Assembly: GCA_951406725.2 (NCBI GenBank)
Contig: OX597816.1
Coordinates: 34,658,001 to 34,722,000, forward strand
Source of the DNA: Octopus vulgaris
Lineage: Eukaryota
DNA length: 64,000 bases
Reading direction: 5' to 3'
Position 1 is the stretch's first letter. The number at the start of each line of letters is the position of its first letter. This document shows positions 14,610-27,424 of this stretch, in pieces. The notes beneath the pieces were generated by a model. That model ran no database searches. It had not been told where the DNA came from and saw only the letters and a list, made by a program, of their open reading frames with translations. Made by a program: the position numbers and the translations under genes.

Positions 14610-15452
14610 TCTCTTTATTTTTTGTTTTGTTATCATTGATTTTACTTACAAAATTCTATAAATTGTGTAATTTGAAATGTCTGATTCCTATAAATTAATT
14701 AGCACTGTTATGTCCCATTAGATTGTCACTTGTCGAAACATGCATATTTCGAGTGGCTTGAGTGATGAATAAGTCTGAATATTATTTGATGTAGACAATT
14801 CACAAAAATTTTATCGCGACTATGTTCATATTCCTACACTCAATACCTGCCACAGTACAAGAGAAATATTTCTATGTTCAATCTTGTATTACGGCAGGAA
14901 CATTATTAAAAAGAATTGCGAATGTTCATCACTAATCTCATCAGAAATATAAGTCGATTTTTCCCTTCAAAATGTCCATGATATAACATTTCTTAAGCAA
15001 CCTACTAAGATATGTAAGATAATACTTAAAACAAAATTTAGGCAAACATATATTCAAACATATAGTCAAACATACTAGTAAGGAACAACACACGAGTGTA
15101 AAGAGTGTGTAAAACAAGACAGAAAATATTTTATTAAGAAATACATTCACACAAAGTGTATATCAACACATATTTTACAAACGCACGCAATTTTGCAATT
15201 TTTGTAAATTAATTATCATAATTATGCATACATAATAAAACTCGTATAACATATAATACGAGTTTAACTATAGAACATGGAAATTAACATACAAGCACAT
15301 CAGGAGCGAACCAGTCAGTTCTCTATATACATGAAACATTAGTCAAAATCCAACCGTATCTCCAATAGCGGGATGTTTTATGAACGGGGTTCCATTTATA
15401 TAATAATAGAGACCCACTTCACTGTACGTTGAATAAGATGGATGACACCGCA

Positions 15453-15505
<53 letters not shown>

Positions 15506-15510
<5 letters not shown>

Positions 15511-15630
15511 AAAAAATGAAGTTCGAAAATGCTGCTGTATTATACAATTTTTAATTTTTATATATACATTATAACATGTTAAAAATTAAAAATGGTATAA
15601 TACAGCAGCATTTTCATTCATTTTTACAAA
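15506..15630. repeat. Foldback hairpin (~55-bp arms) in a (TA)n context
   Basis: 15506-15560 (TTTGTAAAAAATGAA..GAAAATGCTGCTGTATTATAC..) is the near reverse complement of 15580-15630. Confidence 0.9.
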
Positions 15631-15661
15631 TATATACCTACTCGTATACGAGCTAATCTAT

Positions 15662-15725
<64 letters not shown>

Positions 15726-15786
15726 AACAGACATATATAGGTTTTAATTATATATAATTATATATGAGAGTGTATGCTTCTATATA

Positions 15787-15832
<46 letters not shown>

Positions 15833-16265
15833 TATGAACTCACGTGTTTATACATTCGAAAGTTGTGTATTTTTAGTAGGTGATTGCAAGTGTAATCTGT
15901 GAATTCTTTTCTAATTTAAACATGAACGAAAACTGCGGAATACTACATATATCGAATTGCAATTATATGTATTATATTTTAGGGGCTTCTATTGAAATTG
16001 ATCATAATTACGTATATATACGATATTGACTGCTGGCATAACTACGTATTCGTTGTTGTTTTGCAAATTAAAAGTCCATATATGAAGCCACATAAATATA
16101 TCATAAAATCACTCTACTTATTCTAGGATAACCAGCTTCACAATGTCTTCCAAAATAATGACAGTTTCTTGTTCTAACAGCACTACATATTCATACAATA
16201 TTGAACGGTATAGAGTGTTCACTAAATGAAACGTTATTTGTTGTATATTCTAAAAAAATACTTAC

Positions 16266-16375
16266 CAAGATCAGCAGCTCATTTCTATTGTCTAGCCATG
16301 TCATATCAAAATATTTTGCCAACATTTCTCTTGTGATTTTTTGTTTCTCTTCAAAAGAATTATTATTAATGCTTG
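16266..16375 (-). other. Candidate internal exon (unverified)
   Basis: TTATCTTCCAG acceptor and GTAAGT donor around 110 nt that is open in one frame (SINNNSFEEKQKITREMLAKYFDMTWLDNRNELLIL). No recognised homology. Confidence 0.2.
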
Positions 16376-16490
16376 CTGGAAGATAATTCAAATTAATATT
16401 TAAAGTGATACTGTATTCAGCATAAATTGAATTATAGTATCAAACTCTCTCTCTCTCACACTTTCTCTATCATATATATATATATATATA

Positions 16491-16545
<55 letters not shown>

Positions 16546-16557
16546 TGATATATATAT

Positions 16558-16856
16558 GAGGCACTTGGCTCAGTGGTTAGAGCGTCGAGCTTACGAGCGT
16601 GAGGTCGTGAGATCGAATCTGGGATCGGGCTGCGTTTTGTGTTCTTCAGCAAAACACTTTATTTCACGTTGCTCCAGTTAACTCAACTGTAGAAATGAGT
16701 TGCGACGTCAAGATGCTGCCTTTCCCTTGGATAACACTGGTGGCGTGGAGAGGGGAGGCCGGTATGCATGGGCGACAGCTGGTCTTCCATAAACCGCCTT
16801 GTGACTAGGAGGGTAACTTTCTAAATGCAATCCTATGGTCAGTGTCGTGACCGAAG
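16558..16856 (+). mobile_element. tRNA-derived SINE family C/D
   Basis: A box TGGCTCAGTGGTTAGAGC and B-box-like GAGATCGAATC. The core GTGTTCTTCAGCAAAACACTTTATTTCACGTTGCTCCAG is shared with 29829. Confidence 0.85.
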
Positions 16857-16878
16857 TCGGTCCCGACCGATATATATT

Positions 16879-16940
<62 letters not shown>

Positions 16941-16944
<4 letters not shown>

Positions 16945-17239
16945 CGTGATCACCGTGAACGACCAGGCTATCAGATGTTGCTACACATAGCTGGTCACAA
17001 TGCGCTTTGCATTGCTTTAGCCTTCAAATGACGCCACCCCGCTGGCTAAGCGAGCAGGCCAACAGTAGAAAGAGTGAGAGAAAGAGTACAGCAGGGATCG
17101 CCACAACCCCCTGCAGGAGCCTAGTGGAACTTTAGGTGTTTTCGCTCAGTAAACACTCGCAACGCCCGGCCTGGGAATCGAAACCGCAAACCTGCGCTAC
17201 CGAGAGTCCGCTGCCCTAACCACTGGGCCATTGCGCCTC

Positions 17240-17240
<1 letters not shown>
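16941..17240 (-). mobile_element. tRNA-derived SINE (GGCGCAATGGCCCAGTGGTTAGGGC head)
   Basis: A box and B box (GGTTTCGATTCCC) on the minus strand. The tail is homologous to 47058-47245. Confidence 0.88.
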
Positions 17241-17292
<52 letters not shown>

Positions 17293-17298
<6 letters not shown>

Positions 17299-17931
17299 AT
17301 TCTCTAAAAGAGATATAGACAGTAACTGCTCGACAACATAAGGGACTAAAGCCATCTGAATATGGCTAGGGACAGGGCAGGGTGGTGGGGGTGTTACTGT
17401 TGCATTTAGCCCCAGGCGAACATCGACGTCACCAGAAAGGCCCGACACCGTCACGGTGTCCTTTAACCTGCAAAGGGAGGTAATTCCCCGACGAAGCGGA
17501 AACCACACACGGACCATGGTTTCAAGGTGTATTGCCTATCGTCGGCGTGTGGTAGGCTTCCGCTTCCTCGACGAACTCTCACTCTGCAGGATATTCATAT
17601 ATAGATTTTCAAGCAAGATACATTTGCTGATTTCGAAAATCTGTTCGAAAGCAATAATAATTCTCTAAAAGAGATATAGACAGTAACTGCTCGACAACAT
17701 AAGGGACTAAAGCCATCACACGCCGACGATAGGCAATACACCTTGAAACCATGGTCCGTGTGTGGTTTCCGCTTCGTCGGGGAATTACCTCCCTTTGCAG
17801 GTTAAAGGACACCGTGACGATGTCGGGCCTTTCTGGTGACGTCGATGTTCGCCTGGGGCTAAATGCAACAGTAACACCCCCACCACCCTGCCCTGTCCCT
17901 AGCCATATTCAGATGGCTTTAGTCCCTTATG

Positions 17932-17933
<2 letters not shown>
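17293..17933. repeat. Young A-B-C-A-B'-A' foldback element between (TA)n tracts
   Basis: 64-bp direct repeat at 17293-17356 and 17654-17717. 217-bp inverted repeat at 17335-17551 and 17717-17933, with one visible mismatch. Confidence 0.95.
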
Positions 17934-17978
<45 letters not shown>

Positions 17979-18377
17979 GGCACGTACACACACGTTGATG
18001 GTTAACCAAATTCTTTAAAACTGAGTGCTTTAATAATATCTGGCTGCAGTTTTTAATTCCTTTCAAATTTTCTACAAACTTCATACTATATGTGTGTGAG
18101 TGGGTGGGTGTGTGTGTTTGGGTGTGTGTGTGTGTATGTGTGTTTGCTTGTGTGTGTTGTGCAGTAAGTATGAGTGTCTGCATGCGAACGTATGTATCAC
18201 AGTTTGTACATAGGTGTGTCAGTATGCGCATTTGCGTGAAATTTTTGAAGCATACAAGCAGCAAGACCATGACAGGACACCTCACCGTATCCTATAGCTA
18301 ATCCTTAAAATCTTCCCACTTCACTCTATCTACCTCTCTTTCCATTTCTTTTCTTTTCTTTATTTATACCTATTTCT

Positions 18378-18559
18378 ATTTCTTTATTATCCACAAGGGG
18401 CTAAACATAGAGGGGACAAACATGGACAGACATAGGTATTAAGTCGATTATATCGACCCCAGGGCTTAACTGGTACTTAATTTATCGACCCCGAAAGGAT
18501 GAAAGGCAAAGTCGACCTCAGCGGAATTTGAACTCACAACGTAACGGCAGCCGAAATAC
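18378..18559 (-). mobile_element. SINE family A, 5'-truncated
   Basis: Reverse complement of the family A core and tail (CCACAAGGGGCTAAACATAGAGGGGACAAA...GGATGAAAGGCAAAGTCGACCTC). Confidence 0.9.
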
Positions 18560-18852
18560 TTTACTTATTCCACTTAATAGCCACCTCCGCTACCATTCTA
18601 TTATTGGACGTTGATATGTTCACGTCTTTTTCTTGGGATATCTTTTATATCAGGACTTTCACCCACATAGATATACGCAGGATTGCACCTAAGGACTCAC
18701 GATCTGGTTCTATAGCTTCTGAAAGTTGAACTATAAACGTTAACGCTTTTTTTCTTCTTTCTTACCGCTCTTTATTTATTTACTCCCTTCCTCTACGTCG
18801 TTATTTTATTGATACAAGCCATTCTCATTTTCCCTAAATTTCTTCTTTATTT

Positions 18853-18908
18853 GTCTCTGATGACGGCATATCCCATACTCAGGGATATCCCAGAAACAGC
18901 TGTAAGGT
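18853..18908 (+). ncRNA. Minimal type I hammerhead ribozyme (PLE pLTR-like context)
   Basis: GTCT-CTGATGA-CGGCATATCCC-ATACTCA-GGGATATCCCA-GAAAC-AGCT-GTA-AGGT. Intact core, palindromic loop 3 (AGCT), GUA cleavage triplet, and stem I with G-U pairs. Confidence 0.75.
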
Positions 18909-20289
18909 TTTGAATTTTTTTCCTATAATAATATCGCATACAAATAGAGATGTTTGCCTTGCCTTAATGATTGCTTTCCTGCTTCACAATTATACTTCTG
19001 CTACATCGGAAGTCTGCAATTGTTCCATAACTACCGTCTCGACTATAAACTTGGAACCCGAAGTAATCCGTTACAGCACTTCTCTAGCTTACCTAATCGT
19101 TTAGATCACCTGTGAACTAAACCCCCATACTTTGCATATATATATACATATATATATATATGTATATATATATATATGTATATATAGATATATATATACA
19201 TATATATGTATATATAGATATATACATACATAAATATATATATATACATGTATATACATATTTATATACACATATATATATATGTGTGTATGTGTAGATG
19301 CATATATCTATAAATATATAAGAGAGTTTGTACATGTGTGTGTGCGTATATACCTTATGCATTTGAAAACTGAGTTGCCGATTTTGAACTATGGAATATC
19401 AAAAGATTCAGTAAGCTTCTTTTTACGAGCTAAACTATGTTTTCATTCACATATTTCCATTAGAGAAAATTATCATTTTCATTTTTTTTTAGTCACCTAT
19501 CGTAAATGACATTTCATATCACAACCACAGCGCCGATGGTTTCACATTTCCTATGTGAGAGTGTTCGCGCGTTCATTACCTACGTTGGGACGATGACTGA
19601 CAAGTATATGTGCGTGGTAGTATACGTGTCTGACAGTATACATACATTTTTACGACTAACACATACACAAGCACACATATGCATCTAAAGACAACGATAG
19701 GCATACACATGGAGAAAAGCTAGGCTTTAGGTGTGCGTTAATGTATGTGTATATGTGTTAGATTATGTATGCAACTAGCCCCACAAAAGTGAAACGCGCC
19801 GATATTGGAAGTTTACTTGCGGCCTGGACTTAATACAACAACGATGTTCACTTTCAAGAACTATCAAAATGCACATTTCGCTGATGTAACGCTACTCACA
19901 ATGCTCGCAAATTTATCTGGAAAATATGTTATTCTTGTAATTATAAGAAATTCGGAAACATGGCGAAATAGAAAGCCTCAGCGGCTCTTTTACAGAAATA
20001 TTTTTCCTCTCCTTCTAACCAGTTTCAAGATTATGTTATTTAATAGTCCTTATATTTAATGCTTCAACAGTGTATCAACGTCGCGCAATCTTTTTACAGC
20101 GTTGGTCAGTATTTATTCTATAGCGTATAAAGTTAAGCAGTTAAAAATTATATAGCAATGTCAAATTAATTTATATCTTGCTACATACGCCCTTCAGAAT
20201 ATGTTTTAAATTCACGTTCACAATAACATTTTTTTTTCTAGACACTTGGGGCAGCGTTCATTTCAAAATTGTAAAGTATATATATATTT

Positions 20290-20610
20290 TTTTTATGAAA
20301 AATTGAATTATGCTTTCTGAATTCTCTTGGACTTTTACATTCTTCACTGTGACATTCAATCGTGAATTTTATAACATTTAGTACATATTCTAAATAAGTA
20401 TTGACTTTATGTACTTTCTTACGATGGTGAGGCATACTAACTTTTGCTAAATTGGTGACTTTCCATTTTTCTATAGCTTAACTATGCTACAGAAAGTATG
20501 TTTGCACTTACATTGACTACATTTAGTAACTTTTGCTAAATTGCTGTCTTTCCATTTTGTATAGCATAAATATTCTACAGAACGTATGTTTTGCACCTAT
20601 ATTGACTACA
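20290..20610 (-). mobile_element. Helitron RepHel N-terminal fragment (degenerate, with ~90-bp tandem duplication)
   Basis: Minus-strand VNIGAKHTFCR..YA.KWKD and EFRKHNSIF resemble the Helitron IGxMxxxC..C.AxKWK.E and NIRKYNSAF motifs. Duplicated unit at ~20437-20521 and ~20527-20610. Confidence 0.55.
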
Positions 20611-20732
20611 GTTCGTTTCTTTTGAACTTCGTGCGTGTACGTTTTGCTGCTTTCAATATTATCAATTCCATGTGTGTGTGTGTGTTTCTGCGTTCGTTAC
20701 GCCTATAGTAAACTATAGAAAAGAACATTTTA

Positions 20733-21020
20733 CACTATTTTAATGAGCCCACATCTAATGAAGTAGACATCCTTATGGTTGGTGATCCCCATGAAACACA
20801 TGATATTCTCACTCGTGTTCAAGATAACAAACTTAAAAGTGTTTCGCAGGCTCATCCCTCTTATGATGCTCTCCAATATACTCTTATTTTGTGTAATGGA
20901 AAAGCTGGGTATCATTTCAATATTCCATACATTAATCCTGAAACAGGATAGCCAATTACAAACTCAAAGGTGTCGTCAAATGACGTCTATTCTTACCAAC
21001 TGATATTAAGACCAGAATAA
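20733..21020 (+). mobile_element. Helitron RepHel fragment (helitron_like_N upstream region)
   Basis: Reads HYFNEPTSNEVDILMVGDPHETHDIL..HPSYDALQYTLILCNGKAGYHFNIP..KVSSNDVYSYQLILR, matching the Helitron FNAPT.NEVA / H.SYDALQYPL.F..GE.GY / KVS..FY.YRL.R motifs. One internal stop. Confidence 0.88.
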
Positions 21021-22594
21021 TCAAATCAATTACACATGTCAAATAAACTTTATTTTCATTTACATATTTTCTAACTTATCTAAGCAACCAGGTATAGTTA
21101 TTTTAAATACACTTCTGTATAACGACCAGATTTCATTAGAAAATTATTATAGATTCACACTTTCAATTTAAACCCAAATTACAAAGCATAACGATGTATG
21201 AATAATGAACGATGTGTGTAATGATGTGTGAATAAGGAAAGTAATGTTAATCCTATTAATCACCTACCAAATAAACTGTTTTTCACTCAAGAACTATTTT
21301 TAACAACTGAGATAACCTCGTAAACTAGGTTGGGTCGTACAAGTTTGATGTCTTTTTGGACTATATTTTGATCTTCTTCTAATGTTTCGCTTACGTTCGA
21401 TGTTTCTACACAGACAAACACTCATGAAAGTGTACACATATCTTCTGCCGGACGAATGTTCATTTCTGCAGCCTTGGTTGAATAAGAGATTGTTAGGGAA
21501 TGGCTAGCTTATGACACACGCACTAATTTGAACAAATGTTATAAATATTCTGAAACATTTAAAGATTCCTACATAAAACAACAATTTTTTTTTTTGATGA
21601 GAAATAATAAGTATATTTATATGCGTAATTTTGTGTGTTGATGCGTGTTGCCTGCAGGAATTTAACGTTAATTAATTGTGTTAGATTGAATTATTCTTAT
21701 CATTAAATTCAGCTTCATAAGAAGTTATCGAAAACCGATTTCAGTAATTCTCGCATATTATATTCAAGTGATTAAACCATGTTTATATATTTACAAAACA
21801 CACCGTTTGCATTTTGTCGTGAAAATATATTGATTTAAAAACTAAACAGAAATAATTGGTTGAAATGTTCTTAATTGTAATAAAGTATGATGCTATTTAT
21901 TAAATGAATACATGAAGTAGGAAGACATTAATTAATACAATGAACATGTTCATTATGTCTCCCATTAAATACTCTTGTCAATTTCTATTAACTTGCTCGA
22001 TTTCTAAATTTTCCTTCAAGGAAATAATCAAACTTAGAATACAAAAATCATTTTCTTACAGACCGGATTATACAAACTGAACTCAAAACAGCAAGAATAG
22101 ATGACCTAGAGCTATCTAATAGAATTAGTGATTCACTAATTTAATGTTCAATACAAAGTAATAATTTATATAAAAAATAAACGGATATATTTGCTTATAC
22201 CGTAGAACTAAATCAGCTGAATGACCTTCATAATCCAAATGTTCATAATCGAAACCTTCATAATCGAAAATAGTTTGCGACAAGTATGTTTAGAAAAATT
22301 ATACCATGCTAATTCTAGACTACAGGACCTCCGAACATGTACTACTGTAGCTTATTCTAGTAAATACATTAACTGGTTCTGCTCTCTTGAACAAGAATAG
22401 CTACTTTGGGTAATGAAGCGATGATAATATGGCAGAGATGGTTTGTGGATATTATCTATGTGCAACCAGTGAATCTTTTCATTTATACTATATTGAATAT
22501 GTCTTAGTGAGGAATGCTAAAACGAAGCTAGATTTCCATACATGTATCCATCCATCTATCAATCCACACATACATACATATATGTACTATACTA

Positions 22595-22782
<188 letters not shown>

Positions 22783-23810
22783 TACATATACATAAATACA
22801 TCTATATATATATATACATATGCATATATACATTTGTATATATATATATATAGAGAGAGAGAAAATATATGTTTTACATATGTAGCTATGCTGGGGCAGT
22901 AGCTTCAAGAAGTTTTCATCGAATGAATCATGCACAGTACTTATTTTTTTCAGTCTAAGACTTAATCTATCAGTTACTATGGCCAAACCGCTTGCTTACG
23001 GTGACATAATCACACAAATACAGATTTTCAAGCGGTTGTGGTGGTGGGGGGGAGGATAACAGACGCATATATGGTCACACGCTCACACACACTCAAGTAC
23101 ACACACACATACACACACTCAGACACACAAGCACGTACTCAGATAAATTTATATACACGAATTTTAAATTCTATAAAGTTTATTTAATGTAATTACCTGG
23201 GTATGTGTTTTGATTACAATGCAGAAACATTTATTACGCAAATATGTTGGAGTAAATTATAATTCACGAAATTCAGCGATGGAAATCGTGGGGATTTTTC
23301 TTGCATCCCTTATTCGGGCGCAAATTGATAGTTGCTTTTGGTGCGAGGATTACTAAGATCCACTTTTTATGGATTTTCATCACATCTGATAAAAGATATG
23401 TAGCAACAGATGAAAAATTTACTTTCCTCAGTGTTGTGGATATTATAATGTGCTTTACGTGTTTAGCATTAAAATATTTTTGAGGTTATTTCAGTGAAGT
23501 TTAGTACTGAAGATGTAATGCGAATTTGTAACATTCATCCATCTGTAAATGATCTGTTCTCTATACCCGTGTGCAGTACAGTAATGTTATATCTGACACT
23601 ATTGAAACCGAGGAAAACTTTTGACATCGACTGCTCATAGGTTTCTCTTGAGCGTTTAGATCTTGGGCTCCTAATTTGTCTATCTGTATATATATATATA
23701 TATATATGACATAAGAACATGGATATAATAACAATGGGAAACTCATGGTTTACGCTGGCATGTCTTTAATTAGATAATTAACAATGAACTAAGAAGCAGA
23801 GTTGAGTGTG

Positions 23811-23861
23811 GCATTTACGATCGTTTCGATTTACTAGATTAAGTAAATCTCTTCAGAATGC
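23811..23861 (-). ncRNA. Minimal type I hammerhead ribozyme, best-preserved copy
   Basis: Minus strand reads GCATT-CTGAAGA-GATTTACT-TAATCT-AGTAAATC-GAAAC-GATC-GTA-AATGC. Perfect 5-bp stem I, perfect 8-bp stem II, full catalytic core and palindromic loop 3. Confidence 0.9.
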
Positions 23862-24119
23862 GACTATAGATCGATGCATCGGTAAGGATGCAAAAATGAT
23901 TGATACATATGCGATGGTAATGTAAACAAATTGGTAAATCTTAGATTGAAATTTTGTCCTTGCACTGGTAGATTCGCTGGGTAGGTGTTTGCTTGTGATA
24001 GATTGGTTAGTTTCGTTGGGTAATTAGGGCGGGGTGAGTATTATTTAGAGGCGCGCTACCTCGTTTAATTAAGCACATTTTTTCTAACGTGTTCCTCTCG
24101 TAATTATAAATTTTGACAA

Positions 24120-24177
<58 letters not shown>

Positions 24178-24189
24178 AATGTGAGCGCG

Positions 24190-24362
24190 TGTGTACCGTT
24201 GGCGATTTTTTTCCTCCGTCTTCCCTTCTCTGGATCTTTTCCTTTTCCTATGTTTCTGACGAAGAGCTCCGCTCGAAAAGTAAAACCCTCATTTTTCCCT
24301 TCCTTCCTGAGCGTCCAATAATATATTTGTTCCACGTCCTCGCGTTATTGTGTTTTCATGTT
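24190..24362 (+). mobile_element. Short pyrimidine-rich element carrying a minimal hammerhead (HHR at 24252-24286)
   Basis: GTTT-CTGACGA-A-GAGC-TCC-GCTC-GAAAAG-TA-AAAC. Homologous to 27180-27360 and flanked by (TA)n. Confidence 0.7.
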
Positions 24363-24369
24363 TAGATTA

Positions 24370-24420
<51 letters not shown>

Positions 24421-24422
<2 letters not shown>

Positions 24423-24498
24423 CTGAAGTTTACAGGAAAACAAAAGACGGAGACAGGTGTATAAATGACAAGGAGGTGTATTACTATTAGTCTAACAC
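24421..24498 (-). mobile_element. 3' tail fragment of the short HHR element family
   Basis: Reverse complement (..TACACCTGTCTCCGTCTTTTGTTTTCCTGTAAAC) matches the tail at 29640-29705. Confidence 0.65.
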
Positions 24499-25439
24499 AA
24501 ATATATGTATATATGATAATATATATGTATATATGCATACATATATATATGCATAAGCATATATGAAAGAGAGAGATAGGTATATAGATAGATACATACA
24601 TGCATACTTGAAGAAACATAAACAAGTATACATAAATAAGTGTACATGTATCTGAATTTATATACATTCAAATAAAAATTTGAAATATATTTATGTATAC
24701 ATTGTTTTTTTTTTCATTTGATATGAAATGTTTCTAGCTATGATATTAAACAGAGCTTAAATGCGTCGGGGAATTTATTTGCACCTGTTCGTTAGGTTTG
24801 CTTGAGGCGTTTTAACTATTCTTTAAGAAAACTGTAATTTGTCTTTAAGTGGTTTTGTCCAAATGAAGCGGTTTCTTTCCTGAAAAACTGCATGCACTAT
24901 AAATTTTGTTATCATACTGAGATCATGTTTTTGTAGGGCCGTAAGTAATCCACTTTAATTTAAGCTGATCATACCCAATTTGAATGACATTAGCCTTGTA
25001 AATTGGCACGTTATCATCATTGCTTTACGACCAGGAAAGAATATTTGTATGATGTGATATACATGGTCAACTAAATTACTCAAAATTCATATGGCGTTAA
25101 TTCTACTATGCAGAACTAATAACATTCCCAGAGAGTCTCGTAACATATCAGCTCCTTATCATCATACATATATTTTCCTGTGTCACTGTATTTGCCAAAC
25201 AATAAGGGTTAAATGCTTGTTTGCTAGTTCTCCAGAACTGAAATCCCGATGTTATGGGATAAATGTGGAATAATTATTCATCAGAAATGACGTACTTTCT
25301 TTGAGGTATTGGCCATTTATTACGAACTTATTATTTTCCCTTTGTAAATGGGAAACAAGATTTGGGCGTCAAAGTGCACATAATATAAATCGTTTTTTTT
25401 TTGCCCTCGTTTTTATAAATCGTTTTTTTTTTTGTTACT

Positions 25440-25724
25440 AGTAACAAGACAGTAACATACGTAGGGGAAACAGCAAGAAGCATTGGTGAGCGGGTGAATG
25501 AACATTGGAGACAACTCAAGGAAGGTAAAAGCTCATCGATTCTGTACCAACACGCTGAACAAGAACACGGGGGATCAATCAATAACATAGAGATTAAGAT
25601 ATTGTCCACACATAGAGCAGATGCAACAATTAGACAAATTACAGAAGCTACACATATAATAGAAAATAAACCTAGCCTGAATAGAAAACTAGAATGGAGC
25701 AATAGCGCACGCCACAACATATGA
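25440..25724 (+). mobile_element. Penelope-like element GIY-YIG endonuclease C-terminal fragment
   Basis: Open frame TYVGETARSIGERVNEHWRQLKEGKSSSILYQHAEQEH..RQITEATHIIENKPSLNRKLEW contains the YIGET, RxxEH, RxxxEAxxI and PxLN motifs of PLE GIY-YIG domains. Confidence 0.9.
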
Positions 25725-26179
25725 CGATAGTGGATCCTGCAAACATAATAAATACACAGATAATTAAAGAAATAGAAATGAATAACTATATATATGTATA
25801 TGTGTATGTATATGTGTGTGTATATATGTATATATATATGTATATATATATATATTTTTTTTTTCAATTAGATTTATTATTATTATTACTAATATTGTTG
25901 TTATACATACATACAAGCATATGTAATGATAATAATGGGTGGATGTAAACACATGAACAAAATTAGAACAAAAGCAACAACAACAAAAACAAAATACAAA
26001 TTACAAGAATGTATATAACCAGAAGATACAAATATTACAGGCATCCCCCTCACACACACACTAAATAAACATAGACGCACATAGAGATATAAGCATGCGC
26101 AAATGAAGACATACAATAGAAATACAAAATGGCTGACGGTTAGTAAGGAGAGACACAAGTAAGTGAGAAGAAAACAAAG

Positions 26180-26223
26180 GACCACTGATGCGGTCACAGG
26201 AGTGTGACGAAAGAACTTTGGCC
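26180..26223 (+). ncRNA. Hammerhead-like motif downstream of the GIY-YIG fragment
   Basis: CCA-CTGATGC-G-GTCACA-GGAG-TGTGAC-GAAA-G-AA-C-TT-TGG. Perfect 6-bp stem II, one core substitution, same strand as the PLE ORF and ~460 nt 3' of it. Confidence 0.65.
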
Positions 26224-26392
26224 GAAATAAGATTAAGATTAATGTAAAAAATAAATATCACTGAAGCAAAATATCACCAAATATATAGTGCGTGTGTTTT
26301 TATTGGCTAAACTGGCAATATGACCATTCCGAAATATAACAATATAAATATGTATATATATATATATATATATGTGTATATATATATATATA

Positions 26393-26436
<44 letters not shown>

Positions 26437-26495
26437 TATACCCACACATACACGTATATATATATATAATTAATCAATAAGCATACAAAGTACCT

Positions 26496-27106
26496 CTAAT
26501 GCTGGAAATAACAATCCAGCCGAACTGTTACTTAAATCGCCAAAATACACTGATATTAACTACAGAAATCAACCGTCCGGAGACAGACAGGCTAAGACAA
26601 TCACCCGCATTCATTCAACTATTTGGACTCAAGTGGACCGGTTTCTACACTGAAAAAATAGCTTCAGCTCGTACAGAGATGCGCCACCCGTCTTGTTGAA
26701 GTCTGCACTAGCAATGTGAAAATAATTTCAATGCGGAGCAAATAATTCACGTGAAAAATAAAATTCACCAAAAATTAATTTGGGAATATATCATTGATTA
26801 TGTAGTTATCTAGTGTAACAATTTAAGAATGATAATATCATGATAGTAACAGAATCAATAATATAAGCGAATGCAACCCACCCCACAAAAAAAAAATTAA
26901 ATACTGAAGGATTAAAATTAATCAGCGGACATACTGAGTATGTCTACTGCTGGGAATAACATTCAAAACTCTTATTTAAATCGCCAAAATACAACGATAA
27001 TAACCACAGAAATCTACCGTCTTTCTGTACTGGCATAATAGCCTCACCTTCCTGAGCACGCCTTCATATGATAGTGATCTCAACCCGTCGTGTTGAAGTC
27101 TGTGCT
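26496..27106. repeat. Diverged direct repeat (~160-210 bp units, ~450-bp offset)
   Basis: TGCTGG.AATAACA..TTAAATCGCCAAAATACA..ACAGAAATC.ACCGTC and CCCGTC.TGTTGAAGTCTG each occur at 26496-26710 and 26944-27106. Confidence 0.8.
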
Positions 27107-27179
27107 GAGACTGATTCGTTTTGCACCCAAATCATGGCAGCCACTAGTATGAAAAATATTTGCTCCGTATTGAAATGTA

Positions 27180-27359
27180 TATATTTTCTCTTCCTCCGTC
27201 TCCCACTCCTTTGGAGTTTCCTCTATTTCTGAAGAAGTGCTATGCTCGAAACGTTAAATCTTCTTTTCCTCCTTTCCTCAGCGTCTTAAAATACAATACT
27301 TGTACCAGGTACTCGCGTTATTGTTTTTTTCTTATTTGTTCTTCTTTGTTTGGATTCAT

Positions 27360-27360
<1 letters not shown>
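27180..27360 (+). mobile_element. Short HHR-bearing element (HHR at 27225-27259)
   Basis: ATTT-CTGAAGA-A-GTGC-TAT-GCTC-GAAAC-GTT-AAAT, followed by an (AAT)n tract at 27364-27423. Confidence 0.7.

Positions 27361-27424
<64 letters not shown>

Noticed and set aside
16558-17240. tRNA genes suggested by A and B boxes (also at 4596, 29829, 45693 and 47058)
   Set aside because: No complete cloverleaf or acceptor stem; each continues into a repeated SINE body.
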